Assembly: GCA_010356995.1 (NCBI GenBank)
Contig: ML996696.1
Coordinates: 312,364-376,363 of the forward strand
From: Trichodelitschia bisporula
Taxonomy: Eukaryota
Reading direction: 5' to 3'
DNA: 64,000 nt
Shown piece after piece: positions 22,061 through 34,950 of this stretch (positions within the stretch are counted from its first letter, which is position 1; each line of letters begins with the position of its first letter). The notes beneath the pieces were generated by a model. The model made no database searches. It was not told the origin of the DNA and saw nothing but the letters and a program-made list of their open reading frames with translations. The position numbers and the translations under genes were made by a program.

Positions 22061-24427
22061 TAGATGGGTCGTTTGTTTTTCAAAAGACATATTGGATGCA
22101 TACCTTGATCATCATAAGCTGCAGCATTGCTCCCTGGTTACCACTAAGACTCATGATTTTTTAATGTTGAACTTCAATTTGCGATGCAGTCATAATGTGC
22201 TAAAATAGAGATCAGTTGTATATCATGAGATTAAACTCATTAGGGCGAGGAATCTGATACCACATTTCAACGTAGGGGGTTTGGCCCGGCTTAACCCCGC
22301 TCCTAGACGCTTTTGCAATTAACTTGCTGTTTCCTACACATGTGGCCGTCTGCATGGACCTTAGGGAACCGTATTTGGCGTATAGTAGAATATATCTATC
22401 TTCTGCGCTTGGATCAATGAATATATAGGAAGACGCTTCAAACTTTGTTTTGTATGGATCAGGGTAACAGTATAGTAGTTGCTTAGCTCTATATTTGCTC
22501 GGGGAAATTCTCGTCAGGTTACTGGCCGGCTGGATGGTTTCTATTTAAGGCATTGTCCCAAGAAACTTTCGGTACTCTCACATAATTCATGAAGTACGGC
22601 TTAAGATCTTCTTTGAGATCGAGTCTATGGATGTCAAGATTGAGGCGTCGGTGGGGTCTGCTGCACGACCTCCTCGTTGTGAATCAACCGCTAGCCTGGT
22701 GCTGTCTGTTGAAACTACATGTACAAATTATGGGTAACAGGTGTACCTATGAGAACTGTGGGAGGACCTCTCTCGCGATACAGTATTTACGACGTATGCA
22801 GGCTTGTTGTGAGAGTCCGTAAGGCATGTCCTGGTATGTATCCCTTCGATTGCTGGTGTCATCGCTACGTCCCTCGCTGTGTGACGTGCCATGGTGAGAC
22901 GCTGTCAAAGCTTCATGTTTCTCCACCTACGTCTGCCACAGCTGCTAGCACATCATCTATCAAGGAACGCGCCCTTACGGCCATCAATAATGACAAAATC
23001 ATTGCCAGAGCTGAGAGCGTTGCATCACTCTGCCATGTCCTCCCATTTCGCATTGTGCCATTTTCAAAATTTCCGACGCTATTCTTTGTCTACCATGATG
23101 TGGGCGTGGAAGGAGCATCCTTATGTCAGGAAGGGGCGTATGTAACGCGAGCATGATAGAAGGAAGGCGCAAAGGAAGATACTTGGCATTGTGCATTTAG
23201 TTTCGAGAGCTTCTGACTCTCTCCTTCTCTTTGTCTTCAACTTCAATATTCAGTGACATATGGAGGATTTGGCGCACTTTGAGAGTTGAACTTTGTACTT
23301 AACGCTTTTTGCGTACGCTCTTTATGCCTCTGTGAGCCCTGGTGACCCGGCATTACCCGGCACTCGGGTTTTTTGGTGTTGAAAAATCCTGTCCACACAT
23401 TGGTCAATGAAGCATGATGACATAAGCGAGGGCCTGGCAGTCGAAGAGATGGATGGCGGCATGAAGCTATTCGGGGTCCTCCCGATGTGACGCTTGCTAA
23501 TCGGAGTACCCTAGCCAATGTTAGTTACTCAGTAGACCTAGAGAAAAAAGTTAAGGCTTTGGACTATATAGCTCTTGCATTGGTATGGATGAGGAATCAA
23601 TCGCTGTCTTGCGGGGTTTACTCCAACGTCCGCCTGTGCAAATAGTTAGTGACCGGCGAAACATCGGACCCAAACGCTCACCAGCTTGAATAGCGGCCAG
23701 ACTGCAGGTTGAACGGTTTTCTGAGAGTAGAAGCTGATAGCTGTTGTTGGTATTCTCAGAAGACCGCCTCGTAGTGCGCTGCGGCAGTTTCCCAGCCATC
23801 ACAGGCTAAGAAGACTTGAATCTGATGAGGAGGCGGACTTATGACCACAACGAAGGGCTATTGCACCCGTAAGCCAATGGTGAAGGAGCTCCTCATCGCA
23901 TCTATTACGGTCAGGCATACGCGTCGACCAACAAGACATTAAGTGGCATTCACATCCAAATATGTTACAACACAATAGCCAATGTACTCCTCAAGGCGCT
24001 TGCCGACGCTACCCACTACACAAGATACAGGACGACAGAAAGTCAACAATCATTACGACAGCGCAAAGGTCTTCCGACTGGAAGTAAACGGCAGAGCAAA
24101 AACCCAGTCACCAATCTAGCGCAAACCGAACGGACTATTCATAACCACCTCGTCTCTCCCAGTGGAGACGGCAAAGAAGCAAAAGTCCAAAGGATACCCA
24201 AAGCTCCTGCACGCCATTTTCCCGACGACTCAAAAAGATGCCACCGCAAGGACTCCAATATTTCCCCTAGAAATATGTTTTACGAATTGAACCGCCAGGT
24301 GGACTTGCTCCCTAGAGCGAGCCGACCAAAAATTACAAAGCATTATCTGACGTCATCTTCCTCTGTCCAAACCCAAAGTTCAGGAAACCAAAGAGGCGGC
24401 AGCGATGGTGGACCGCGCGAGAACCGC

Positions 24428-27400
24428 TCAGTCGCCGGCCGATGTTGCTGATACAGTCGCCGTGACCGGAGCGGCGGTTGTGTTCGCGAGACTGACGCCG
24501 CCCGCGTCATCCACATCTTCCGACCCGGTGACGTTCCCTGCAACAGACTCGTCAGCAGATGAAGCTGAGATGAGCTTGCTGAGGACGAGCTGCTCGGCCG
24601 GGTCGGCAACGAGACGCAGCGTGGAGGTGTAGCTCGCCTGTGCAGAGTTCGACTTGATGGCCGACGCTTCACCGGCCGCCTCGTTCGTCGCATTGCTACC
24701 GTCCGCTGCGACCGATACGGAATTGCGTGCTTCGCGCTCGCGGCACATCTTATCTTTGGCTTGTTGTGCCGCCATTAGAGAGTCGATGTACGTGCGGAAC
24801 TTGACAATCTCCCGCAGGAGATAGGCCGACTTCTTCTCCCAGTTTGCCATGGCCTTGGCCGCATTCGGATGGCGAGGCGAGAACTGTCACCATTAGCACT
24901 GAATCAAAGGAAAATACCAGGGGCAAACTCACCGCCATGCCCATCAGCGGCCGCAGTTCGTTGTGCCGCCGCAGGTCCTCTTCAACGTTCGTCACGTACG
25001 CCGTGAGTGCGCGCAGCTGGTCTACCTCCATAAGGTTACTTGCCATCATGCTCTGTTGCGGCGGCATCCAGTCGCTAATCGTGACGCGGTCTCCTGGAAG
25101 GCGCGCCCGGAACGTCCCAGGGCCGTGATCATCGCTACGCCGCGAGTCGGACCCACGTGATAGCGGACTCATGGGCGTGGTGCCGGTCAAGCGAGACGTC
25201 GCCACGCGGTCGCTGTGATGGCTGTGCAGGCTGTGACCACCAGTCGACCCTGCAGTCATCGGAGGATGTGCCGATTCCGGCCGCGAGCCTGGACGACTCT
25301 GCCCCGCTGCAGCCGAAACCACGGCATCGCCCCAACCATACTCGATGTTCGACACACCCCCGCCGAGCGGCTCCTTGCTCAAGCGCGCCGACCAATAGTT
25401 GGCGGTGCTCACGAACTCCTTGGCAATCTCCGGAGTGCCGACGTGGAACAAGTGAACAGCACCCGTCGGCAGAGATAGCGCCCAGACATGCGGCCGCGAC
25501 TTGGAGTACCCCGGCGGTGGAAGAGTGCTGGCAATCGTCTGGCGCAGCAAGAAGCTGACCACCTCCTCAGCGTTCTCGGTCCAGTTGCCGCCGCCGACCA
25601 CGTTGCCGGCGCTAGAGCTCGTCACCGGGCGCTTCGGCTTGTGGCGGGCGTGCTTCGCATTTGCGTTGAATGAAAAGAGACGCATGAAGCCCTTTTCAAT
25701 AACGGCGAAGCACTCACTCCACCCGCGCTCTTTGGCCTTTTTTTCCAGCGTCTCGAGGTGGTGCTTGTGCTTGACTATGCCCTCCTTCGCCCATGGCGGA
25801 CCAGCGAGTTCGAGCGTCTCATCTTCAAGCAGTGGCACGACCCGGCCACAGTCTTCGGTACCGGCATTGGCCTCTTCGCGGATGTTGGCCTGGCTCAGCG
25901 CGTTAGCAAAGCCGATGGCCCGCTGGTAGTCACCGTGTGCAAAGTGCGAGCCGAGCGAATCGACCGACATCGACGTAGGCGTCTTGCCGAGCGAGTACTT
26001 GCTCCACGTGCTGCCGGCAGGACTCCACACGGACTGATCGTCGAGGCTGGTACGGCTGGAGCCGATGGTTGACGAGGGGTAAACGCGTGGACGTGACCGC
26101 GGCTTGGAACCAAAGCGTGCCGTGGCAGTCCGGAAGTCGGTCGAGCGGCCGCGGTAGCTGACAGTATCAGATGGAGCCTTGCTGAGCACACTCGGGGTGC
26201 GGCGTAGGGCGTTGGTCACGACGGAAAGACCACCGCTGGACGCTTCGGGAGGAGGGTTTGAACCGTGAAGTGGGAGGCACTGGGTGCGGATGGAATTGTA
26301 AAACTCCTTGAGCACAATCTCCACCTGAAACTCCCACCCCTTCATGCCACCTTCGTACGGGGCCTTGACGAGCACGTTGCAGTTGTCGATGGTCTGGTTG
26401 TCGGACGACGAGCCCGGCCCCTCAGAGTCAGCGCGTGCCGGTGGCCGGATGGACAGGCGGTTGCGTGAGCGGCGCGTCTCGAGAGAATGGCGCTCGGCGG
26501 GCTCATCGGCCGCAAAGACTGGGGACGAGGGCGAGTTTGCCTCCCAGTTGCCACGGGAGTGTCGGCTCTGCGCTCGGACCATCTCGGCCTGCGTTGGGAG
26601 CGCGGCGTCGGCGATACTCCGAATGGTCGGCAGCGTATTCTTGACGAATTGGTTGCGCGTCATGCGCTGCTCAATGTCGGCAATGTGCAGATCGGTATTA
26701 AGCATAAGCACCGAGTACGTAATAGTGTGTACAACGTCGCGGTCCTTGAAGCCGTGGCTCGGGTTGCAGTGGCACCAGCGCTCCGAAAACGCGTCAATGA
26801 CGCGGTCCAGCTGCTGCGACTCCGCCTTAACAACAAGACGGCAGCAAAGCTCGCGGAAAGCGGCGAGGATGTTAACGCCAGCCCAGTCGAACAGATCCAT
26901 GTAGGCGCGCCGCACGCGCAAGCTCGTGGCGTTAGTTTGCCCAAGCCAGGCCGCAGCACCTGACTTGGGGACGAAGCTCTCGTCACCGTCGAAGATCTTC
27001 TGCGCGCGGTCACGGTCGTCGGCAGTAATTTCCGTATCCTGCGCAAGTATCGCCTTGGAGCCGTCCGTGTCAGCCCACTCGGGGACTAGCTCGCGGTTCT
27101 CAACATGCACAACAGGCAAGCTTGTCGCCGAGGAGAAGACGTCGTTCTCGCTCGACGGAGACAGCTGGTCGCTTAAGCGGTCCGAGGTCCGCGGCCCTTC
27201 GAGTGGCAGTGACAAGCGGGCCGACGCGGGTAGCTTCTCATCGGATGAATTGCCGTCGAGCCACAGGCGACTACTATCACCCTGAGTAGTCACTGCAGAC
27301 GTCATATACTGGTCGTCGTCGTCATCATCAAGCAGGCGGGAGGGTTGATCATCGCCGGGCAGACGCACCGAGCTGAGGTAGTCGATGCGCTTCTCGCCAA

Positions 27401-29261
27401 TGTTTGCCCGGCGCGGCGCTGGCTCATCCAGCCGGACCGTGGTGGCAGAGTATGGAGATGATGTCGGCGGAGGCGACCGGTGCGTCGAGAATGGCTGGTC
27501 GTCGCCGCTGTTGTCGGCCAGGAACGAGCCACCGTCCATGTCGCCCACGAAGCCAGATGACGGTCGGTTGCGCTGATTGATATTTGCGGCGAGGGAAAAC
27601 GGCGACCGGTCAACTTGTACGCTTTGCACGCGGAGCTTGGTGGTGCCATGGCGCGGTGTGCGGTTCTCAAACTCGTCGAGGAATGGTGGACCGGTGGGCG
27701 CGGGTCGGGTGGGCGCCTCCGAGCCCGTCGTATTGTGCGGGGAAACATCGCGACCGCGGTCAAAGTCATGCATCGGTGGCTGGTGTTCCTGTGAGTCGAA
27801 GTAAGTTTCGAGCGGGCTGCGGGGACTAGTAACCTTGTCGGCGAGATAGGGGGCCATGACATTGCGGAGGCTACTTGTAGTGGGGCTTGGTTGTGCAGGG
27901 GTGATTCCGTTCATCCTCGAGTATTTTTGCTGCTGGAACGGCTGCAGCACAGGGACCGGAGGAGGCATGGTCTCAGTGAGTGACTTCTTTCGGCGCCGGA
28001 AAAAGGAAGAGTGCGACTTTTTCAGAGTGCCGGTGTAGCCGATATCTCTGGACGACGATGGGTCCTGAGTGGGTGGTCGAGATGACGAAGGCTTGGTTTG
28101 TGCCATGTGCTGCTGCGCAGGTTGAGTTCGCGGTCGACTGGGCGTCACGTTCGACGAAGTTTGCCGCAGCGGCGGGGACGGATCGTGCTTGTCGTCCTGA
28201 GGCTGCGGAGCCGGCGAGCTGTTCTTGGAAGAGCCGCCACCAAAGACGCGTCGGAAGAAGCCCGGTCGTTCCTTTGGTGCTGGCTGAAGCACGGGAACGG
28301 CGGGATAGACCTTTCGTGACGATACCGTTGGGCTGGGCGCCGACGGAGTAGACGACGCGTGCACGCTCAGCATGTTGTTCGTTTGCTGGACAAATTGCTT
28401 TGCTTGGTCACGAATTGCCGGATCCATAGCTCCCGCCTGTGTCTGGCTCTTTGGCTTTCTCAGGGTCCGTCCACCGGTCGTCGACCTCATGCTGTTTTTG
28501 CGCGAAGGGGCCTTCCTCGGCGTTACGGGAGACGGCAGGATGGCAGGCGAGAGAGATTCTGTCGGGCGCCGAGGACCCGCAGGTATTGTGGGCGTCGGCG
28601 CAGCATCATCATCGTCGTAGTCCATGGAAGGCTCCGACAGATTCCGGTCCAGCATAGGCACTGACGCCTTCTTGTGCGGTGACGGGCGCTGCACACGCTC
28701 CGAAAAGCAGCTCTGGTCGAAGCTGGCGGCACGGCTGGGCCCGTGGGCGTGACGGCCAGCAGCAGCAGCAGCACTTGCACTGCTGCTCACAAAGCCGTTG
28801 CCCGCTGTGTATCCCAGATCCATGCTCGACGAGCCACTCCCCTTGCTGCCCTTGATGCCAGTGCCGCGGGAATGTCGCGGCCCGTCGTGGTCCGGACGCG
28901 TGCTGTTGCTGGCGGTGCTCTCGGTGCGGGTGGGACGCTTAGACTGGGATACGTTGCCACGACCGCGAGAGTGGTAGACGGCGTAGCGACTGGCCGTGTC
29001 GTCGACGTGCAGATCGTAGTCGGACAGCGAGCTCGTGGCCGTGTGGCCGCGTCGTCGGCCGGAGTTGCTTGGAGCCTTGTGCGGACTGGTCGTGTAGATT
29101 TCGGTAGTGGCGTCGAAGTCATTGAAGGGCGAGGTTGAATTGGATGTAGAGGGGAAGTCGGAGAGGGACAGGAGCATGGAATCGACGACGCTGAAGCGCG
29201 TAAAGCGCAATGAGAGGTCATGGGAGTCACGCTCGCCGGCGGGACGGTCTACGAGCTCCAT
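24428..29261 (-). CDS. SYT1: Sec7 and PH domain ARF guanine-nucleotide exchange factor (Syt1-like)
   Basis: Sec7 (LVVKAESQQLDRVIDAFSERW; SVLMLNTDLH), PH (WAKEGIVKHKH...WSECFAVIEKG...ANYWSARLSKEPL); intron ~24932-24885; last exon ANWEKKSAYLLREIVKFRTY. Confidence 0.88.
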
Positions 29262-29972
29262 TGTGGCATGGCAAGCAGCACCCTCACACCTGCCGTGGAA
29301 CGGAACAGGGTTGTAGGGGGGATGGGTTCTACGTGCGTGTGGTTATGTGTGGTATCTGGTGTGTGGTGTGTGGTGTACTCCGCAGGCAAGGGAATGTGGA
29401 GAAAATGCGACAAGAGCACCGCAGCAGCCGCAAGCGCGAGAAGACGGTGAAGAAGGCGAAGAAGCAGGGGCAATGGGTGTAGGAACGAGCGTTGTGAGGC
29501 GGATTGTCGTGGTCGTTAGAGTGTGGTGATAGTGCAAAAGATGGTGTTGCAGCAAGAGAGCTGAAGAATCATGGGCCGAGTCCTTTTCTCGAGAGAAGGA
29601 GCGAGAGAGAGGAGGAGAGTTGAGACGCCGAAGAGAGGGGAGGCTTGACGCGCTTGGGGCTTGAGACCATGGGGATGACAAGGTCAGTTGATTGGCTGAT
29701 TGTCCTGGTAAAGAGAGAGGGGAACTGCAGGGGACTCAAGACTGGATATGGAAGGCGCGTGCTGTCCAGGGGAAGGAGCGAATTGTGGAGAGTCTTCTCT
29801 TCTTTTTTTGCTTTGGGCAGGGACGATCGATGGTTTCCCGATGGTGATGATCCTTGTTGGTGTTGAGCCGAACTTCATACACTACCGTACGAAGGTATGA
29901 ACGTCATCATCATGTTCATCATGTTCATCGTGTTCATCATGTTCATGATCTGATATGTATTGACAATCGAAA

Positions 29973-30044
29973 GTGACAGTAACAGTAACAGTAACAGTAA
30001 CAGTAACAGTAACGGTAACAGTAACGGTAACAGTAACAGTAACA
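29973..30044. repeat. (GTAACA)12 imperfect hexanucleotide microsatellite; (CATGTTCAT)n repeat nearby at ~29905-29947
   Basis: Read directly from sequence. Confidence 0.95.
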
Positions 30045-30627
30045 TATGTCAGTGTCAGCGACAGTAGAACTAGACTAATTTGCACATGGCAGCAGCCACT
30101 CTTTCGTCTCCCCTCCATTCCCTTATCCCTCTCCACAATCCACTCTTCCTTCACTGTACTTTCTCTCCCCGCAAATCCTCCCCCTCCACCACACTCCACC
30201 TCTCCTCCCATCCGAAACTGCCCTTTCTCCGCAGAGTCGACGCAGGGGCATGCATGAGGTCGTTTGGTGTAGCTGCTTGACTCTGCAACCCGCAGCAGGA
30301 CTCATGATGGTGGGGTACAACGGGAGAAAATCCATGCACCTAAACTGCACGCTCCCGACTTGTGCATCCCCTTCCCTTGACCGCCGTAGCCTCAAGAAAC
30401 GATAATCTCTTTTCACCGTGCTGCAGGAGGCCTAGAGGCTCTCGACTCAGTCATCAAAAAGGTGCATTTCATAGCTCTAAAGGTACAGTAGCGTGCATCA
30501 ACTGTCAACTTCCCCTCGACAAGGTTCCCCCCCGAACCCCTCAGTGCCCTGCCACTACCACACACCTCACACTCTGCTTAACCAAATCCATTATATGCCA
30601 ATCTCGTCTATGTACATCCTACGTACG

Positions 30628-31401
30628 CTAATCCCTCCTCCTGTCCCTCTGCACCCGTCGGCTCTCCACCAGCGAGCGGATCAACCCCACAGTGGCCCCC
30701 ACTCCCGCTTCAACGTCCTCTCCAGCCTGGCGGGGCACGTGGAAAAACACCACCGGCCGCTCACCCCCCGCTTTCCAGAAATGGTGAAGCGATAAGTAGT
30801 ACACGAATGCGCAGAGGTAGGTGCCGACATCGTCGCTGATCTGCGCATCTATACGATCCGCCAGTCCCGCCCCGCGCACCTCCGCCTGCCACCGCTTGCA
30901 CACATCCTGGCAGTCAAACGTCGGCGTCAGCTTCTCTGGCGCATCCGTCCCAATCAGCGCCGTCATGTCCGCGTCGCTCCACTGCTCGCCGTACACATCG
31001 CGCCCGTCGAAGCCGTCGCGCAGCGCGTTTGTCTCAATGGCCCAGCAGGTGCGCCCTGCCGCGAGACCCATGTGGAGCACAATGTCAGGTGGCGAGGCGG
31101 GTGGTGCGGGTGCGAGGAGGCCGGGAACTGCATTGGCGATGGCGCGCCATGCGACGGGGAGGGCGGATTCTGGGGTGTGGATGTGGATGGGGGTCGGGTG
31201 GGTGGGTGTTGGCTTGAGGTGGGATGGGAGCGAGGATGCGATGCTCCACGATGGGTTCTCAGGGTGCGACTTGAGGAAGGGCTGTGAAAGGGCTGTGAGC
31301 ATGACACTACCCTATGGGGTCCCCATCTTCTGCGATAGATGGTTACCGCGCGGCCTACTCACCCCGTAGCCGGTCACTAGCACATGGACATCCGGCAGCA
31401 T
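30628..31401 (-). CDS. Pyroglutamyl peptidase I (peptidase C15)
   Basis: Exon 1 MLPDVHVLVTGYG, GTGAGT intron, then PF...NPSWSIASSL, DIVLHMGLA, IET, DDVGTYLCAFVYY, VVFFHVP with the Glu-Cys-His triad intact. Confidence 0.92.
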
Positions 31402-32216
31402 GGTTTCGACCCCGCCGTCGCGCTCCGTCCCCTCTACCCCGCCGAAGAGCGTCGTGTCACCGTCTATCAAGTCGCCCATGATAAGTATACTGATAGAATA
31501 CCGATTGAAGCTGCACTTCGAAGCGATAAGCCAAAAAAAAAATGCAATGATACCACCGCGAAGACCGAAACCAGTTCACACAAAGCAGCGGAGTGACGGG
31601 AGAGGGGTGAGATTTATGCGCGGTTCGGTGGCCGGAGGACCGCAACACACCTCCCTGTTTCGGCGGTGGGGGGAGGGGTCGCTGATACGGCAACTTCGCG
31701 CTTGACCCTTCGAGAAGGTTGGCTGCCGGCGTAGGCTGCTGGCGCCCAGTATTGGGCTATCATTGCCGAAGATTGAAAGCGCTTGTCATCACCTTCTGCT
31801 TGCACATAATGGATTATCTTGCCTTTTGGGGCCTTTACGGTAATGTTCTCCTGCTGCCTCGTGCCTCACCCCCCGCATTTGGCTTGTGCGCCCTGTCGAG
31901 CGGATGCTTTCCGCCCTGCGGCCCCACACCGGTGGTCAAGGCTCTGAGCGCACAGCCTTTCCTGCGCATCGGGACTGCCCCCGTACCCGGTACATACCTA
32001 CATGGCAACATGTGTCGGATATCATTGTTTGGCGTTGGTGGAAGATGGCAGACACAACACAACATATCGAGCGCGGTTCAAGTTCTGTCAGACCGAAGCT
32101 CAAAAAATAGCATCCCGTAGACTTCATGTGCTGTGTCAAAAGTCTTTACGAATGTACACCCCACAAAAACACCATACACCACTACGCCGTCTACCCCCAA
32201 ACTCATTCTCCAAAGT

Positions 32217-33885
32217 CTAATCAATGTCATCATCCCGCAGCGCAAATACTGCCTTCGTGACATCCTCCATGCGGCTACGCACGGCATCATGATACATAGC
32301 GTTCGTAACGAAAGTCTTCGTCCCCTTAATCTTACTCGCAGTCTCCATCGACAGCGCAAAGTCAACGTACATATCCTCCATATAGACAGCCGCGTACACC
32401 GGCACCGTATTCTTCGCTAACTGTGCCGTGTCGTACAGCGCGGGCCAGTCTTCCGTGTCGGCCAACGCCTCTGCCTGCTTCTTGACGCGCGCCAACTCGG
32501 AGTAGTCGTCGAACATCCACGGGTAGATCATCTCGCCAGTGAAGAAGACGGGTTTTGTACTCGCAGACCTGTCTTCGTAGCGCGGAATTTGGAACTGTTC
32601 GCCGTACTCGGCTTGGATGCGGTGGGCGGACCAGTTGGAGGCGGAGCTGCGGCGGTTAGCTTCGCTGTCGTTTCAATGGTGACCGTACCCATGGCAGTAG
32701 ATCGGCTCGTGAAGGATCGAGTAGATCAGATGGTAGTCGAAGGGCTGGGAGGATTCGATTTTGGCGACGGTGGGGCGTGTGAGGTGCCCGACAAAGTCGA
32801 GGTCCGATTGACATTTCAGGACAATATCTGGACGTCAGTTGAGCTGAAGGATACGGAATATGCACGAACCATGGATGTTATCCAGGCCGCCTACTATCAA
32901 TCAGCTTCCATACGGCCATGGGCTGCACGTTAAGCTCAACTCACCGTGAAACCCGAATTCGAGTCCCAGCTGCAGGAAGCGCCGCGCTGTCATATGCCCC
33001 ACACCCGTCGTGTCCCGCACCGTCGTGTCCCCATTCTTTTGCAGCCAGCGCACGATATTGCGTACCCGCGCCACGTCCTCCGGAAACTTACGATAATACG
33101 CCTCGTTGCGACTGATGACCTTGAGATACTGCCGACGATACACTTCATCCGGCCCATCCACCAGTGGCGGCAATCCACCAAAGATGAACACTTCCCGCAA
33201 CCCCTCGGGCGCGAAGCTCAAGTACGTAACCGCACAAAAACCGCCAAACGACTGCCCCATAACGCTCCATTTTGCCTGTTCGGCGGGCAAATGACCTAAC
33301 AGCGCGCGACGTATGGCTTCGCAATCGCGAACAATGTTGTCTGCGCGAAACTGCTTCAAGTACTGCGCCTGCAAATCATCGTCGCCGCGTAGACCGAGCG
33401 TCGACGGCGTGAGCGGGCTGCTTAGCCCCGTGCCGCGCTGGTCAAGACAGAGTACCTGATAGCCACGCTCGAGCACCGTTTGCATCCAGTAGAAGGACTG
33501 CGGCGCACTGCATTCGAAACCCGGCCCACCTTGGAGGTACACGAGCCAGGGGAGTTCCGGCTTGGGTGCCGTAGGCTTGCTGGACTTGGTGCTACTGCTG
33601 CCAGGGTTTTCTGGGGGCGAGATTAGCGTGAATTGCGGAACAGGAGTCGGGGCGGGCGTGCTGCTGTTAGGTTGGTCGCGGCGGCGGGCGGCGCGGGCGA
33701 AGAGCTTCAAGGGCCTCGAAGCGGGATTATTGTAATTGTGAGGTACCTCGAAGGAGTACTCCGTGACGGTGATGCGGCCTGCAGGTGTTAGACAGGCACA
33801 TATCGGAATGGATGTGGGGAATGTAATGCTTGCCTGGGACATTGTGTGTCCTTTGGCTGAGGATCTTCGCAGTCGTGGTACTCAT
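32217..33885 (-). CDS. Proline iminopeptidase (alpha/beta hydrolase, S33), multi-exon
   Basis: YLQGGPGF, DQRGTGLS, FRADNIVRDCE, GQSFGG nucleophile, LHEPIYC, FTGEMIYPWMF, EDMYVD, YHDAVR motifs. Confidence 0.93.
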
Positions 33886-34950
33886 GTTTCTTCTTGCTTC
33901 ACGAAGCACGCGTATCATGGGTTTGTGAGGATTGGATGGGAGAGCCAAATCCAGGGCTGAGAGGACTGAATCGGGAGAGTTGCTATTGATGTAGGGGACA
34001 AAGGGATGGAAGCCCCAGAAGCCGCTGGTTGCCAGAAGTTATTTAACGGTGAAGTAAAAATGGTTGATACGAGGACTTACGTAGTTAGTACAATTGACTT
34101 TGAAAGCTGTGATCGCAAGAGTTTCTAAGCTGAGCTTGCAGGTGCAATGGCTTGTATGCCCCGTTACAGTACTAGTTCTAGGTGGGGGGTGGGGGTAAGC
34201 TCCAATATATTCACGTGGGGCAGTGGCGTCTCGTACAGTAAGGGTAGCGCTCAGCTCCTTCACCATCGCCGGCGAGCTTACCGCGGTAACTCACTCCTAT
34301 CACAACCTACTATAACCTAGGGCCTCTTCATACCAGTTTCTTCAGCAATTTCTGCGTCTACCTTTCCAGTACCTTTTCCGCCTCGTTGTGAAGAGCATAC
34401 ATTTTAGCTGCTCAACTATCAGGAATGCCTCTCCAAGCATCACGATGATCCAGCAGTTGCGAAATCGTCTTATGGCTCGGACTGAAAGGCAAGATGAGGG
34501 GAAGTTGCTGCTTTCATGCCCAGAGCTGCGGAAGGGGGCATATACCGTACTTCGGACTGTTGCTACCGTCGTCAAGTTCAGTCCTACGAAGTGCCCGACG
34601 CAATTGAGTTGCACTTTCAGGTCTTTTGTGCTTCTGACTGGCTCTTTAATGCTTTAATACTCACTACTTCATTCTTTCTACAGTCTAGATATATAGAGTA
34701 AGAGCAACAGACGTTGGGCAATAATGGAAGGTTTCCTTCCAGTAGTGCTGAAAGGAGAGCCATGGAACTTCCCAAGCGCTTCTTGCGAGGGGTCGTCATA
34801 ACCTATCTATGGTGGGGATGCAGGGATGTTTGCCACCCCGCCCTGGTTAGAACTAGTGGCCAAGCGAGAGCTTTGAGCATTTTGATATCTCACTCCCCTC
34901 ACTCCCCTCACTTCACAACAACGTAGCTACCCAAAAAAAGAAGTGTTTCG

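Noticed and set aside
13200..24000. Autonomous transposon, Starship or viral insert in the island
   Set aside because: No long ORF, and no transposase, RT, integrase or tyrosine recombinase motif seen in the ORF track.
29882..30257. Poly-(TV) ORFs
   Set aside because: Translation artefacts of the (GTAACA)n microsatellite.
31605..31710. TPP riboswitch (TGAGA...ATACGG...CTTGA fragments)
   Set aside because: Lacks the GATAATACC-GCG-AAGG 3' half, spacing is wrong, and no thiamine gene is adjacent.
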